The notes under the pieces were generated by a model, which saw nothing but the letters and a program-made list of their open reading frames with translations, was not told the origin of the DNA and did not search any database. Both the position numbers and the translations under genes were made by a program. A stretch of DNA of 64,000 bases from Chrysomallon squamiferum (taxonomy: Eukaryota; Animalia; Mollusca). The number at the start of each line of letters is the position of its first letter. The stretch's first letter is position 1. Positions 1-13,599 of this stretch are shown here, piece by piece. The DNA lies in contig CM022665.1 in NCBI GenBank assembly GCA_012295275.1, positions 33,976,001-34,040,000 of the forward strand. Direction: 5' to 3'.

Positions 1-1944
1 TTTTTAAAACTACGTGGTTAAAAAATTAAAAATTAAAATAAAATACTACTACTACTGCTATTACTACTGCAAATTATGCCACTGCTACTACTACTGCCAC
101 CATCATCTCCACTGTTACTCTACTTCTAAATAGCTGCTGCAAACTAGGAACACTTGTTAACAAATATATATAACACTGTGTATTAGCTGTAACACAGATT
201 TTGTTTTGTTTCCTTTATTACAAAAGAAAATTACTGATTTTTATTTTGGAACTGTTGATATAAGTGACATAGTATATTGTCCAATCTCACAGATCTTACT
301 GACTTATTGGCCAATATCATTTGTCAACCACATGTGCAAATGCATGAGCCATGTGTCAGAAATTAATTTGCTGGTCTAATAAATAATAATTATCATCTTT
401 GATATACATTCTTCATGTGACTCTGACACATATAAGTCGGAGAGTAATTTATGTAAATCACCAAGTAAGATTTCTGTTTGGTTCATTCGGGTGCTTTATG
501 GTGATTGTGGTTCATACTGGTTCTTGCAGGTGTTTCATTAAACCCATTTCTTTCCAGTGTACATATGTACATATTTTAGTAAGCTGTAACTAGTTTAGCA
601 CTTAGAGCAGGTTCTTCATGCATTTATCATTTTAATGCTTTGTTTTTATGGGATTATGTATAAGTATTTAATTTATCATAGGCATGTTGTTTGTTGGGGG
701 GGGATTTGTGGTTTTTTGTTGTGTTTTCTTTTTTCTTTTCACAATAACATTTGTACCCAGAATATGAAGGAAAAAAAAAGAAAAGTGACAGTATTTTTAA
801 TAATGTTTTTTTTAAATTTATTTATTATTGTTATTATTTTTATTATTTATTTATTTATTTATATTTTTTATATTATTATTATTATTATTAATATTATTAT
901 TATTATTATTATTTTTAATTTTTCTTTCATATGTAGATTTGTATTGCTTTTTTTTGTCTGCAGAGTATTTATATTTGTTTCAGAAGGATTTCAAAAGGTT
1001 TATAGTTATACCCAAGGAGAAAAATAAAACATAATATTTTCAAATATTAGCATCCTCATTATGAAATATGATTTAACAATCAACTTTTCTCTTGAAATGT
1101 TCTCATTCATAAATATGGTATTATGTGATACAACTTACATCCAGTAGACAAAAATCTAGGCTGTTTGATCAATCATTTGTTTACCTTTATATTTTCTAAT
1201 ATTTAACTATAATATGATATGTTTTAAAACGTTAGTATTTTCTTCAAATATTTTCTGTTAAGCTGTTTGATCATTCATATATCTTATTTTAAATTATTAT
1301 TAAAGTTTTTAACATCTGACTGTAAATTACAAAATATATTTGAAAAAAATTAAATCTGATTTAAAAAAGAATTGTTTTCATCCATAAATAATGACCAATT
1401 TATTATTTCGTATAACTTTTACATCCAACAAAAAAATTACAAAAAACACACACACTTCTTTGTGCTTGTTTGTTTGTTGTATATCACATTTAAATTTAAA
1501 GATAATTCAATATAAATATGAAAACAGATCTAAATCTGATTTGAAATCAAGGAATGCACACACACACACAAACACATTGTCTTCATTTTTAAATATTTTT
1601 TTATAACATTAAAACTTCTGGACTGGTTTCATTATTTCATGTTTTCAGTATTTGTTTAAGCTTTGAGAACAAGTTGATCCTTCAAGTGTGAGATCTGTTG
1701 GTTAAGATTAAAGACACTTGTACATAAATCTGTGACAGTAAGTAACCACAGCTATCACATCTACTACAAACACTTGTTGTACACATATTCTTTTTAAAAT
1801 ATACTCTATGATACACAAAAGAAAATGGAATTAAATTATCATACTTTTTATAAAAATTAAAAATTTGGTTCATTCAAATTCATTTTGGTTTAAACAGTTG
1901 AAAAAAGAAAAGGAAAAAGGAAAAATTTCAAAATCAAAATAATA

Positions 1945-1981
<37 letters not shown>

Positions 1982-4900
1982 GTTAGAAAGAGGTTTCTAA
2001 AAATTTCAAAAACAAGAATTCTCTTCATTTAAATAATTTTTTTTCTTAAATTATTACATAGAAGGAATTTTTACAAATTATCTCTTAATATGAGATTTCT
2101 TTTAATGTTTTTGATATTATGTTACATTTTTATCTTTTTATATATATTAGTATATATGAATATCAGCTACGTTAAGTAAAGAAGATTTAGACCATAGGCA
2201 TTTATCTAGAGTAAGTGTTATATCCTGTGATAAATCTCATATAATAAGGGTAACTTTGCTCCTTTTTATATTTTTTATTACTGTACTAAGATCAGTTTCC
2301 TTATTATCTTTTTTTCAGTTCTTATATAACAAAGCTTAATCTGTATTAAAAAAGCTTTAATTACACGAGGTTTTTTTTTGTAAAAGTTTTTGGGCAGCAG
2401 CACATAAAAAATAAACTGCTAGTTTGATAATCCTGCTTTTTAAGTTAAAATTGATAGCTTCTGAAATAACTGGATATCTTCATACATGCTATAGGCTTGA
2501 TGCTGAATTATCTTTTAACAAGATCATAAAGACCCATACAAGGCTGGAAATGTTAGTTTTGTTGCTTAAGAGAGAGGCTTGGCTTGATGACATACACACA
2601 ATGACTATCAAGGCCTTCTTTTCAATCGGCATAGCATTGATCACCCAGGAAACTGGTATCAGTTTGCAGTAGAAGATTTTCTTATATTTTTTTATCTAAA
2701 TTGCAATCAAAGATAAAAAAAATTAAGACAGGAATGTGAAAAGATTATCTTGTAAAAAAAAAAAAGAATTCTCCCTCGAGTTAAGAGCTCACATTCTGTG
2801 CATTTTATCTCACAAACAGTCTTTTGTGAAAAAAATGCAAGTTTTTCAGCCATCCCAAAGTCCCCTACTTGACACCTGGCTTCAATTTCCAACACTGTTA
2901 AGATCTGCTGATTGTAGCAGTATACCTGTGACATCAATGTGTTTTTGCTTGTTGGCTATTGTCACCTGTTAACAGTATCAGTGTCCATTAATACCACAGG
3001 AGGGGGTTCAGAAGATTGTGATGTGGGGTGGGTATATACCTTAAAATTTATCAGGATATTCCAATTATATATATATCATACATGTTTTTAGCATATTTCT
3101 GAACTAATAATCCTTTTTTTTTCTTTTTTTTTAATTCATAGATTTTATTTTACATTCACCAAACCATTTTGTTCTTTGACAATAAATTGACTTCTTTGTC
3201 TAAGAGTTATGCCAGGCTATGCCAGCAGGACCTTGTGTTCCTGGTTTTTTCACCTAACCAGTTTTGGTCAACAACAGGAGTTTCATATGCCAAAGATGAA
3301 TGAGCTACACCAAGCTTCATTTGTACTGATTGGTCTTTTTCTTGCTTATTTATTTATTCATTCTTTTATTTATTATTATTATTGTTGTTGTATTTGTTGT
3401 TGTTAATTTGTTTTTTAATTCATGAAATATTGGTGAATATTTAGCAGATTATTGTCATTATTAATTTTTCATTTTTTAATGTTAGAAAAACAAATTATTT
3501 TGTGGCTGTTGTTCAAATATTAGTTTCACTTTAATTGCACATATAATAAGATCAGTGTACTTTAGTTGTGAGTCATGTTATGTCTGATGCATCACCTAGA
3601 GCCTTCTAATCTTTTCTTTTTTTTCCTTTTTACACAAGAAATGACACTGACATAGCCAATGTTTTTGTCAAATGATGAGGGGCTTACATTTCTGATGTTA
3701 TCAGCGAGCTTACAAGATAAATTGCAAAGTGATTCCCAAGCTTACTGAGGATCTCACCTGCATAATCTCCTTGGTATTTACACTCTGTTTTTCTCAGGTG
3801 TTCCTCAGTCAAATGTTTATTATTTTTTATAAACTCTGACCTGGCAAGCTGTTGGCTCATTTGATGTTAATGATGATAAATTCCCTAGCAAAGCTGCAGT
3901 GATGTATTTGAAATCCTGCTGATAGCAGGTGGGGCTTGCTGAAACAAAAGTGCCTGCTTATTTGTGTGAGATCATTCAACAGTCATGACAGATTTATCAA
4001 AGCCTGATCTCTGAAATCCACAATCAAGATTATGTTACAAATGAGATGAAGCCTTTTTTCTGGAGGGGAGGGTGGCTGGAAGTGGGTAATTTACTGAGAC
4101 AGGAGGATTAACACCCGCACTTGTAGGACATACTTCTCATGAGTCATCAGATGTCGCAGCAGCCAATTTACAGTACTTAAAAGCTATCTTTAGCATCTAC
4201 AGTTTCATCCCAAACTGAAAATCCACCCACAGATGAGATGAATATTTTTTTTTTTTTTTTTATTATATTAAAGCTTGGTGTGATGACCTGCTGATGTGCT
4301 GTCCTCTCTTTGATCAATGAGAGATGTGATTTAACATAATATGTTACAAATGTTCTCCTGTTTCAACATCACACAATCTCCAAGGCTTTGCCAATGCAGA
4401 CTGATGGCAGCTCACTGTTGCAGGGAATCAAGAAAAGCTTTTGTTTTGGTGTCCCATCCTCAAGTCAGACTGATGGTCCGTGGGGTATACCTGTAGTTTA
4501 TTAAATGTTGTTAGAAGAGAGAAAGAAAGAAAAAAATTGGGTGATTGGTGTCTGATAATGGTCTGGCTGTGGCATTTGTTTGCAGCACACTGACATGCAC
4601 TTTGATCATAGAGCATGGCTGGCCACCAGCCCTGTATCATCTCTCAATCCCTGCAAATGTGAATTAGCCTGTGTTGACACCAGCGCTCAGTGTCTCACCT
4701 CACAATTAGCAACATGATACAACATAAATCATTTCTTCCATGCAGCTTTGTCACCATAAGCTCCAGCCATACCAGTGTGAACATATCACCACAAACACTG
4801 CTTCACGCATAGCACTTCTTGTACAGATATTGTTCTTAGATGACACTTTATTCTATGTAATTATTATTAATTCCTTTCATTTGTTTATATATATATATAG

Positions 4901-7900
4901 CTGATAAAAGCTGACAAATAGTTGATATTTCAAATCTGCCAGTTTAATTGATATGAGTTATCTTGACCAGGTATAATTAGATAATTTTAGTATATGTACA
5001 TTTTTCCCTTCAGTACAGTAGTTTAAACTGACAGATTGTTAATGTTATTTTAATACTTCTGTATGTGTTTGTGAAAGAGAGAGACAAACCAAACAACTTT
5101 ATCTGCAGGTCACCTGGTCAAAAATGTATAAAAATTATAGAATATTATGTATTCTAAATTTTTTTTTCACTTACTATAATTTTAATTTTATTAAAAGTTC
5201 AAATTATTGCATAATTGTCAGATATACATTAATTTTTAAACCCAACAAATTTGTATATAGTTATAAAACATATGTATAATATTTCTTTCATTTTCCTCTT
5301 TTAAAAATACATATTTTTAAAAATCATGTTGACTGGTGAACATTTTTAATATAAAACCAAATATTTCAGTAAACTGTGTATGTTTTCTTCTTTTTTTTCA
5401 AATATTTTTTAAAATATAAATGACAATCATGGACATTCAAGATTTAAAAAAAAAAACGAAACATTTCAGTACACCTGTATATTTAATAAATAAAACATGC
5501 TCTTATTTGTTTATTTATTTAATATTATTATTTTTTATAATTTTTTATTAAAAAGTAATACCATTGACCGTCATAGTGATAGACATTCAAGATTTCTGAT
5601 GACACAAACAAGACAAGAGCCTCCACTTGTAAAGACAGATAGGTCACTATGTCAAGTGGAATTGCTTACACACTGATATTGTCTGTACCTGTGTCCTATA
5701 CAGGTGTTGGTAATTATCTCTGATTGTCAAACGAGTGTGCCGGATATACTGTGAGAAGGACCGGCCAGCCACAATGTCGGAAGAAGTTTTCTTACAAAAC
5801 CTGGTTGATGGGAGATAAGAGATAAATGGTAGAAGAGAAACACAGGTGTGTGGCGTAGCTCATGATCACCAAACTTGTAGCAGATCTTCTTTCAGTTTGT
5901 GTCATAGTTAGCAGTCTTGTCTTCTTTACTCTGTCACCACTGATGTATTGGCCTTCTCCTTCAAAGAATTAGATTAATTCATCTTTTTCTAAACTATGTT
6001 AATACTGAGAAATGTCCCACAGTTGCATAATTTATATATAATGTGTATTTTTTCTTTTTTTTTTCTTTTTTTCAGAAATGTTTTTCATTATATTTCAAGA
6101 AATAAAAAAAAGAAAGAAAAGGGAAAAAAAAAATGTTTTGGAAAAAAAAAATATGTTTATAATTTGTTTTGTTTAATAGCTGTCTACATGAATGTAGTTT
6201 TAGAAGAAATACAAAGTATTTTGTACTTTGAAATGTTATTAGTTGTAGTAGTAGTAGTAATAGTATTAATATTATCATAATTTCTGATTAGTATGTATTG
6301 ACCTTTCGTATTTACAATTACATTTAAAGCAAACTATCTTACAAATCAGATTTTGGGGACTGCGTGGAATGGAAAATAATTTAATCTGCAACATTAATTC
6401 CATAGATAAGCTGCAAGCATTTATCACTGATTTTTAAGAGCTCAGTTTCTGTGATTTAGAGATCCATTAAAAATGTATTAATAACATACAGCTTAGATAT
6501 CTAAAACTGCATTTTGATAGTGATAAATAAATTTAGGCTGGCCACACTTGCCAGATTCCGTAGACTGCACTTGTTGTTGATGACAGCAATATGGCTATAA
6601 TTATTTGATGTTTGTTTGAGGAATGTACAGAGTGATGTTTTCAAACAGATTGTACCTGTTGAAGGAAATCACAGGTGAATTCAACAAAAACACAAATTTA
6701 TTGGAAACCTTTGATCGGAACACCTGCTGTTATCAGACATTGCAAATGGCTTCCGACTTGGACGGCTAATCTCAAATGAGATCTCTGGAGCTCTTTCCCA
6801 GTCAGAGTGATATAGATGTCTTCAACAGGTGAAAGACAAAAGATTTTCTTTGTACTCAGCAGTACATACGGTACACTTGATGGAAATTCCACTGGTTGGT
6901 ACACATTAAGAGTAAAGGTGTTTGCCTTTTATGGCCACCACTTGTTTTAACTATCTGATTAGAAATCTTTATTGTGCAGCTGTAATTATCTAATTATTCT
7001 AGTTTTTCTTATTCTGTCTGATATTACTCAATTTTTAAAAATGTTTTTTTTTTTTCAATTTTTCTCTTTTTCCTTTCTCTATTTTTGTTCTCTCCATTTC
7101 TTTTATTGTGTCCATTCAGTCACACTTAGCCAGAGTGATAATTAGACAGTCAGACAGACAGATAGACAAGAAGACTAACACAAATTTATGTTCAAATATT
7201 TACATAACAGACATATTTATAAATAAGTAATGGTTTTGTCTCCATTTGTGGTAGATTTTAAAAATATTATTTACACTGGAATCTTTAAACAGTTACACAA
7301 CAGTTGTTACTGATTGCTTTAACATGCATGCATTTATTTGTATTTTGGCATCTTTTACTAATAATTATCTTGCACTTGGATATATTTTCAAAAAAACTTT
7401 GGTTTCTAGTAACTGTGATCTTAACTGTAATATTATTGATGGTGTGCATCTGTTAGTGAAATGAAGTTATAATTAAGAAAACAACATTATATTCACTTTA
7501 CACTTTCTGTGGTAGTATAATATATTTTATTAGATTCATAAGATAGTGCAGCATGTTTGATGCATAGCATAGTATGGTTTATTAGCTCTTGGCTGATATA
7601 ATATTCTTTGACAAGTCATATCTCTCTGTGTTCTGCTGATGGACATGGAGATGGTTTATGTAACAATGAATTTATAAAAATAACAAAATCTTGTTATAGC
7701 CTGCACTTTCTTGGTGCAGTAGTCTATGTAAAAAATTGTTGTTTTTTGTTGTTGTTTTTTTAAGTAAAGAAAAAAGTTATTACATTATACATTAGCTTAG
7801 AGTCATTCACATGAGTGCACTTCCTGTTTGCAGCAGACATTCATCATGGCTGCTCTGGCCTGGAATTTTCAAGTTGTGTTTTAATTGTCACATCTCATTA

Positions 7901-9710
7901 AATGACTCATTCGTTGTTGCAGGTCTACCCTGTATGTGATGCAGTGACGTGACAAAATTTCAACAGGTACATATGTTGTTTTCCCACACCTGTTCTTCCC
8001 ATTAGCATTTGACATCCTGTTATAAATTGTTACCTGTCACCTTTCTATAGTTACTTACCTCCATCCACAGATGTATGTAATCTTGAGGCCATCACCTCTT
8101 TCTCTGTGATGAATGTATGTTGACATATTTCATATGTACAGTTCATGTCTTTCACAGGGTATCTTTCTTGTACAGTTTAAAAAAATTTTCATTCTGTGAA
8201 ACTTTGGGTTGAATAGTTAAAATAGGACAGTTTAATGATGTTAAAATTTTAATTATAATTGTTATTAATATATATTTTTTTCTATTTCTTTTTAATGTAG
8301 ATATCTTCTTTCATTCTAAAAAATTAAAGTTTTTTTTTTTTTTAAGGAAGAGTATATAAAATCCATTTCATAATTTATGCATTCAACTTTGTTTATTAAA
8401 ATACATTCTGTATTACAATTTTCTAAATTATTATTAACCATTTCATGTAACAATTTTTCATTCTGTTTTCATTATAATGTATATAGTTTACAAGATACAT
8501 TCAATAATTTCCTATCTAACAATTGTCCACAAAAACAATCTTAAACACTACATATATAACTTTATAATCTTTACTAAATGTGTGATTGAACAAATAATGT
8601 GGTAGAACTAATTAATAATTTAAGCTGAAATGAAATTTAATTATTAAAGAATATGAAATTCTGAATTTCTTTCCCTCTTCCCCCCCTTTTTTTTTTTTAT
8701 CCTTTCTTTTTTCTTTTTGCTAGTCTGTACAGGTACACATCACAAATTTCAGACATTTAATCTGCAGTATATCACATCAACAATCTCAGTCCTTACTTAC
8801 TTATAAGCTTATGCTGCTCATATGTATGACATTGAAGACAAATATTTGTCATAAATCTTGGCAAATTGGTTGCACCTGTACACACTGCCAGACCTTTTTC
8901 TCAAGGTTAAAAACAAATCTGCAGTCAAAATACAACCAAATTTGGGTTGCTACAACAGAGGACTAATAAGTTTCTGTTTTTGTTAATTAATTCACTGACT
9001 GCTTTGGTCTCAACAACAACAACAAAACTGTGTCATGCTAGATAAATATGTATGCCATTTAAAGCTTGTTTGATTACCTGTCATCCAGGTAATGTATTCC
9101 TTTTGTCTCTCTGCTGTCTCACATACACACCTGTACAGGTGTCACATTACCTGTCAGGTGGGAAACATCAAAACATGGGATGCAAATTATTTTAAATTGA
9201 GAGAAAATACTGTTGCCAATGATTTCAACTGCTGTGATATCTGTATCATGTTTTTGACGTGACGGTGTGAAAAAAAACCAAGATGTGCTTTTAAAGTTAT
9301 GATGTAAGACTATATTGTGTGTGTTTTGTGAAGAGTTGGTTTTATTTTACATCATATTTAAGTCTTGAAATGATTAATTTCAAAATTTGTTATATTTACT
9401 TTTATAATCTGCATGAATACATACTGTACATATACAATGTGCATCCAAACATATATATGCAAAATACATACATACACCTAATTACACAAACACATACACA
9501 CATATAAACAAAGAGACATTAACAGATGTACATGTACATAAATATATTACATTCATTTTATAATTAAAAATGAATAATTAAAACAGCTGACTGATGTATA
9601 TTTATCAAAGTCTAGCAAGAAAAACAATATTTTTTTTAATCAGTGGTTTAAAAAAAAGTCATCTATCACAGGTGATATTTTATCACTTACAAATATTAAG
9701 ACTAATTTTA

Positions 9711-9782
9711 TATTCATTAACCTGTAAAAACAGCAGTGTGTGAAATATTTCATGCTGCAACTTTGTAATTTTATATTTTTCA
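9711..9782 (+). repeat. Dispersed repeat, copy 1 of 2
   Basis: TATTCATTAACCTGTAAAAACAGCAGTGTGTGAAATATTTCATGCTGCAACTTTGTAATTT matches 30670-30742 with few mismatches. Confidence 0.85.
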
Positions 9783-9857
9783 ACATGTGCTACACTCAAT
9801 CACACACAAACACACAACAGAAACATACATATTCAGAAACAGGTACACATACATATA

Positions 9858-9935
9858 CAGTCAAACCTATCTATTATGGCCACTCACTGAAGTAAGCAAT
9901 ATTGCTTGCCATAGACAGGTGGTTGTCACACAGAG
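9858..9935 (+). mobile_element. Terminal fragment of a non-autonomous Tc1/mariner (Tigger/pogo-type) element
   Basis: TA|CAGTCAAACCTATCTATTATGGCCACTCA...ATAGACAGGTGGTTGTC resembles the CAGTCAAACCTGTCT...ACCAC...AGACAGGTGG termini of common invertebrate MITEs and is preceded by TA. The other end is not seen. Confidence 0.55.
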
Positions 9936-9964
9936 TACATGAAATATATTTTAATAACAAATTT

Positions 9965-10116
9965 ATTATGATTGTTATTATTATTATTACTGTTATTACT
10001 ATTACTTTTATTATTGTTATTATTATTACTTTCATTATTGTTGTTTATTATTAGTAGTAGTAGTAGCAGCAGTAGTAGTAGAAATAGTACTTTTTTAATT
10101 GTTATTTATTATTATC

Positions 10117-10158
<42 letters not shown>

Positions 10159-10200
10159 GTTGTTGTTATTATTATTGTTATTATTGTTATTATTGTTATT
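9965..10200. repeat. Compound (TTA)n/(TAG)n/(TTG)n microsatellite abutting the splice acceptor
   Basis: Read directly from the sequence. Confidence 0.95.
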
Positions 10201-10203
10201 TAG

Positions 10204-10317
10204 GTTTCGGATGACAGAGTGGTAAGCTGCAGTGAAGATGGAACAATAAGAATCTGGGATTTTCGACCATCCAAGACACCCAAAAAGTCAGAAAAGGAAA
10301 AGGAAGAAAATTTATAA
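10204..10317 (+). CDS. Terminal coding exon of a WD40-repeat protein (F-box/WD40-like C-terminus); upstream exons not identified in the window
   Basis: After the acceptor ...ttgttatttag| (AG 10202-10203) the phase-0 frame reads VSDDRVVSCSEDGTIRIWDFRPSKTPKKSEKEKEENL*, with TAA at 10315-10317. The segment xDDRVVSxSxDGTIRIWDF is a canonical final WD40 repeat, resembling beta-TrCP/FBXW-family ends. The orthologue cannot be assigned from 37 aa. Confidence 0.85.
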   Translation, partial: VSDDRVVSCSEDGTIRIWDFRPSKTPKKSEKEKEENL

Positions 10318-11467
10318 AATGAATATGACATGAAGACGTTAGTTATTTGTTGAAATTTCTGATTTAAAAAAAAAAAAAATGTTATGTTAATTTTAATTTC
10401 TACATGTACTAAATCACATTTCAAAACAAAATATGTTTATCAAATGTCAAATATTCAGATATTTATTTATTTATTATTATTATTATATATATACATATAT
10501 ATATATTTTTTTAATATAATAATTGTTATTTATAATAATTTGTAATGATAATACATTTGTGCTAATTACAAGCAAGAATTGTTTCATAATCGCCTTGCTG
10601 TAAAGAATAACCATGGTACTTGGAGCATGACAGGCAATAAGAAATACAGAGTTCATTGTGAAGATTTTATACTGTTTCTGATTTTAGCTTCTTTTCATTT
10701 GAAACTTTATGAACTAATTTTATAATCAATTTAAAAAAAGAAGAAGAAAATTAACACAGCAAGTAAAGGAATAAAAATGACTCTGTTAACATGAAATGTT
10801 ACTGTCTTGATAACAAATATTTCATCTGATTAATTATTCTTAGATCTTTATTGCTTCAATTTTGAACATTATGAATTAACAAAAAGTAAAAAAGAAAGAT
10901 ATTGGCACAGTTGTTTTCACTGAAATGAATTGATATTTAAAATTAAACATCAAACAAAAGAAGAGGTAATACCAGACCTCTTAACAGGTGATCTTTATTT
11001 ACCACAGAACTGCCATTTTGTGAAGAGCAATTTGAACATGTGTGGATAAGAAGAACAAAAATTTCTAAGAACTGATGTCATCAGATGGCCAAACATTCAG
11101 CTGTGATTTTTTGTTTTCTTCCATGAAAAAAAGATGACAAGTAATTTGCTTAATGGAATTTTTTATATGTATATTTTTAAGATTCTTGTTTAGTAGTTGA
11201 AAAGTTTGGTTTTTTCTTTTGGTAGCATAACTAGAGGATTCCATGATGAATCAGAACAATTCGAAACTGCTAAAAATATAAATATATGCAAAATTATTTT
11301 GATTGTAAAGACTCTCTCACTCTCTCTATCTCAGTGTCTCTCTCAGTTTCTCTCTCTATTTCTCTATATCTTCCATTGTTTGTTTTTTCTCTTTCTCTTC
11401 TTGCTCTCTTTTTTTTTCTCTCACTCTGTGTGCGTATGTCTTTATGACTGAATGTCTTTTGTATTAA

Positions 11468-11502
<35 letters not shown>

Positions 11503-11759
11503 TCTATTTATTATGGTTTAATGTTTATATTTTACAATAGATGTTAAAATCTATGATTTATTTATTTTATAGATTCTAATCTAACCAACTGTCTTTAAAG
11601 TCAAAACATGATTACATATCTATCTAATTTTTGCCTTCATATATTTCTCATTCAAGATGAGAATATTTTTCTGTTTATTAATAAATATGAAGTAATTTTT
11701 TACAAGAAATATAAACAAAATATTTGTTTACAGGGTAATAATACTTGTTCCACCATATG

Positions 11760-11771
11760 CACCAGGGGGCA
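11760..11771 (+). promoter_or_regulatory. Candidate CTCF core motif
   Basis: CACCAGGGGGCA matches the CTCF core CCACCAGGGGGC(G/A) except for the first C, and is isolated in very AT-rich DNA. Confidence 0.35.
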
Positions 11772-12029
11772 TGCAGTGTATTAACTAGTGTGTTAATAAA
11801 TAAATAAATAAACTAACTAATAATACATGTTCACTTGACATTCTTATTCTAGGTTACCTTTGTTTGATTTATTCGTATTAGTCTGTGCATATGTATACAA
11901 ACATATATTATGCAATTGATATGTGATTATTAATAGCACAAAACTGTAAAGATAATTGTATACCAAAGTATACTGGTATATCTTTAAAACACTGACATGA
12001 ATATGTATATGTGTCTGTGTATATATATA

Positions 12030-12460
12030 TAAATATTTCAGTTTCAGTATATATTTTTTGTCACAGTTTGTTTTTACAAAATTTAAGTTTTAATATGTAG
12101 TTGTATTTGAAATAGTTAATTTTACCTATCTTTTGTTTATCACAATTTGTTTTTGAAATAGTTAACATATATTTTATCACTATTTGCGTTGACATTTTTA
12201 AGTTTGATTTTTTTTTCTCTAATATTAAGTTTTAATATATATATTTTATCACAATTTGTTTCTAAATATTCTGGTTTGAATATGTATCTTTTATCTGTAT
12301 AGCTTAAAATATATGTTTAAATATATGTCTGTTAGCACAGTTAATATTTTAAATATTTGAGTTTGAAGGTGTATCATTTATTTATGAAATATTTCAGTTT
12401 ATAAATATATCTTTTATTACAGTTTATTTTTTTAATATTTTATTTTAAATGTATGTTTTG
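12030..12460. repeat. Degenerate AT-rich minisatellite, unit about 40-45 bp
   Basis: Recurrent variants of TATTTTATCACAATTTGTTTTTAAATATTTAAGTTTTAATA, e.g. near 12051, 12135, 12170, 12241 and 12408. Confidence 0.6.
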
Positions 12461-13563
12461 TATTCATTTACAAGTTCTGAAAAAAACAAGGGTATTACTT
12501 CCAGGGAATAGTTTATCTTTAGTTATTCTAGGGTAAAATATATTAATCCAGAAAATATATTTAGAATACTAATTGTGAATTATAATTATTTTTTAATATT
12601 TTACATTTGTATTTTATATAATGTATAAACATTAAAATACTGGTCTCAGTGTTCATGTGTCTCTTTTATTTATTTATTAATTTATTTGTTTATTTATTTA
12701 CTTACTTACTTTTTTATTTATTACTATTTTTGTTCTGTATTGCTTCATAAATGTTAAAGTAAGTTATTAGATGTAAATACATAAACATAAACACAATTTT
12801 GTTACTCGTACACACATGACACACCCATGCAAACACAATATAATCATTTATATTTTTAGTATTCTTTGTATTAAATATTACTGTGATAATTATAGTTTTT
12901 ATAGTTCAGTAGATATTCCAATTACATGCCTGGGTTTGATCTTGCTGCCCATGGCATACATTTTTGTGGTTTATTAATCCTGCTAGGGTGTTATATTTAA
13001 AACAAATTCTTTGAGTTAACCACAGTTTATATATTTTTATTGTCACTGTTTCTAAGTTACTCCTATTAATAATATTACATAATATGTGCTTAGTTAATTG
13101 TGGTTTTACTGTAGTATTCAATAGTTCATATATATTTTCCGGAATATTTTACTTCAATTTTGAAGCTTAAACATTAATAGTACTGTGTACATAGCACTAA
13201 CAGAGTGAAAAATAAAAAAATAAAATTACAATTTATTTTATTTTATTTATACTGCTGGAATTAATAATCTACATATGCACATTTATAAAAGTTATTGACA
13301 AAACTTATTAAGCAAAAGAAGATATTATTAATTTATTATTTATTTATTTAAGATCTTAATATGTTTTCAGAAATTAAAATTTTAAGAGATGTTATATTGC
13401 TTGTAATTAATAATGAGACTACATTTGTATTTTTAAAAATGTTTTGCTGATTTTTTCCTGTAATACAGTTACTACATTCTTGGTGTACTTTTAAGGTGAT
13501 ATTAAATAAAACTGCTGAATTTTGTTTGTTTTCTTGTTATTTGTATTTTTGTTCTTCTTCTTC

Positions 13564-13599
<36 letters not shown>

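Larger units (their letters stand above)
10318..13525 (+). other. Probable 3' UTR of the WD40 gene with candidate polyadenylation sites
   Basis: Follows the stop codon and is AT-rich and CpG-poor. ATTAAA at 12631-12636 and AATAAA at 13505-13510 are each followed by GT/T-rich downstream elements. The true 3' end cannot be determined from sequence alone. Confidence 0.35.

Noticed and set aside
3965-4012. TGAGATCATT (bantam-like seed) with a downstream TGATCTC
   Set aside because: Only a 7-bp stem forms, and the rest does not match bantam.
6537-6610. AGHTCQIP*TALVVDDSN: GH-containing, WD40-like string after an AG
   Set aside because: It has an in-frame TAG and no suitable donor, so it is probably chance rather than an upstream exon.
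7920-7972. TACCCTGTA (miR-10 5' end) and a possible micro-exon AG|GTCTACC...CAG|GTAC
   Set aside because: The match to miR-10 stops after 9 nt with no good hairpin, and the exon reading shows no WD40 similarity.
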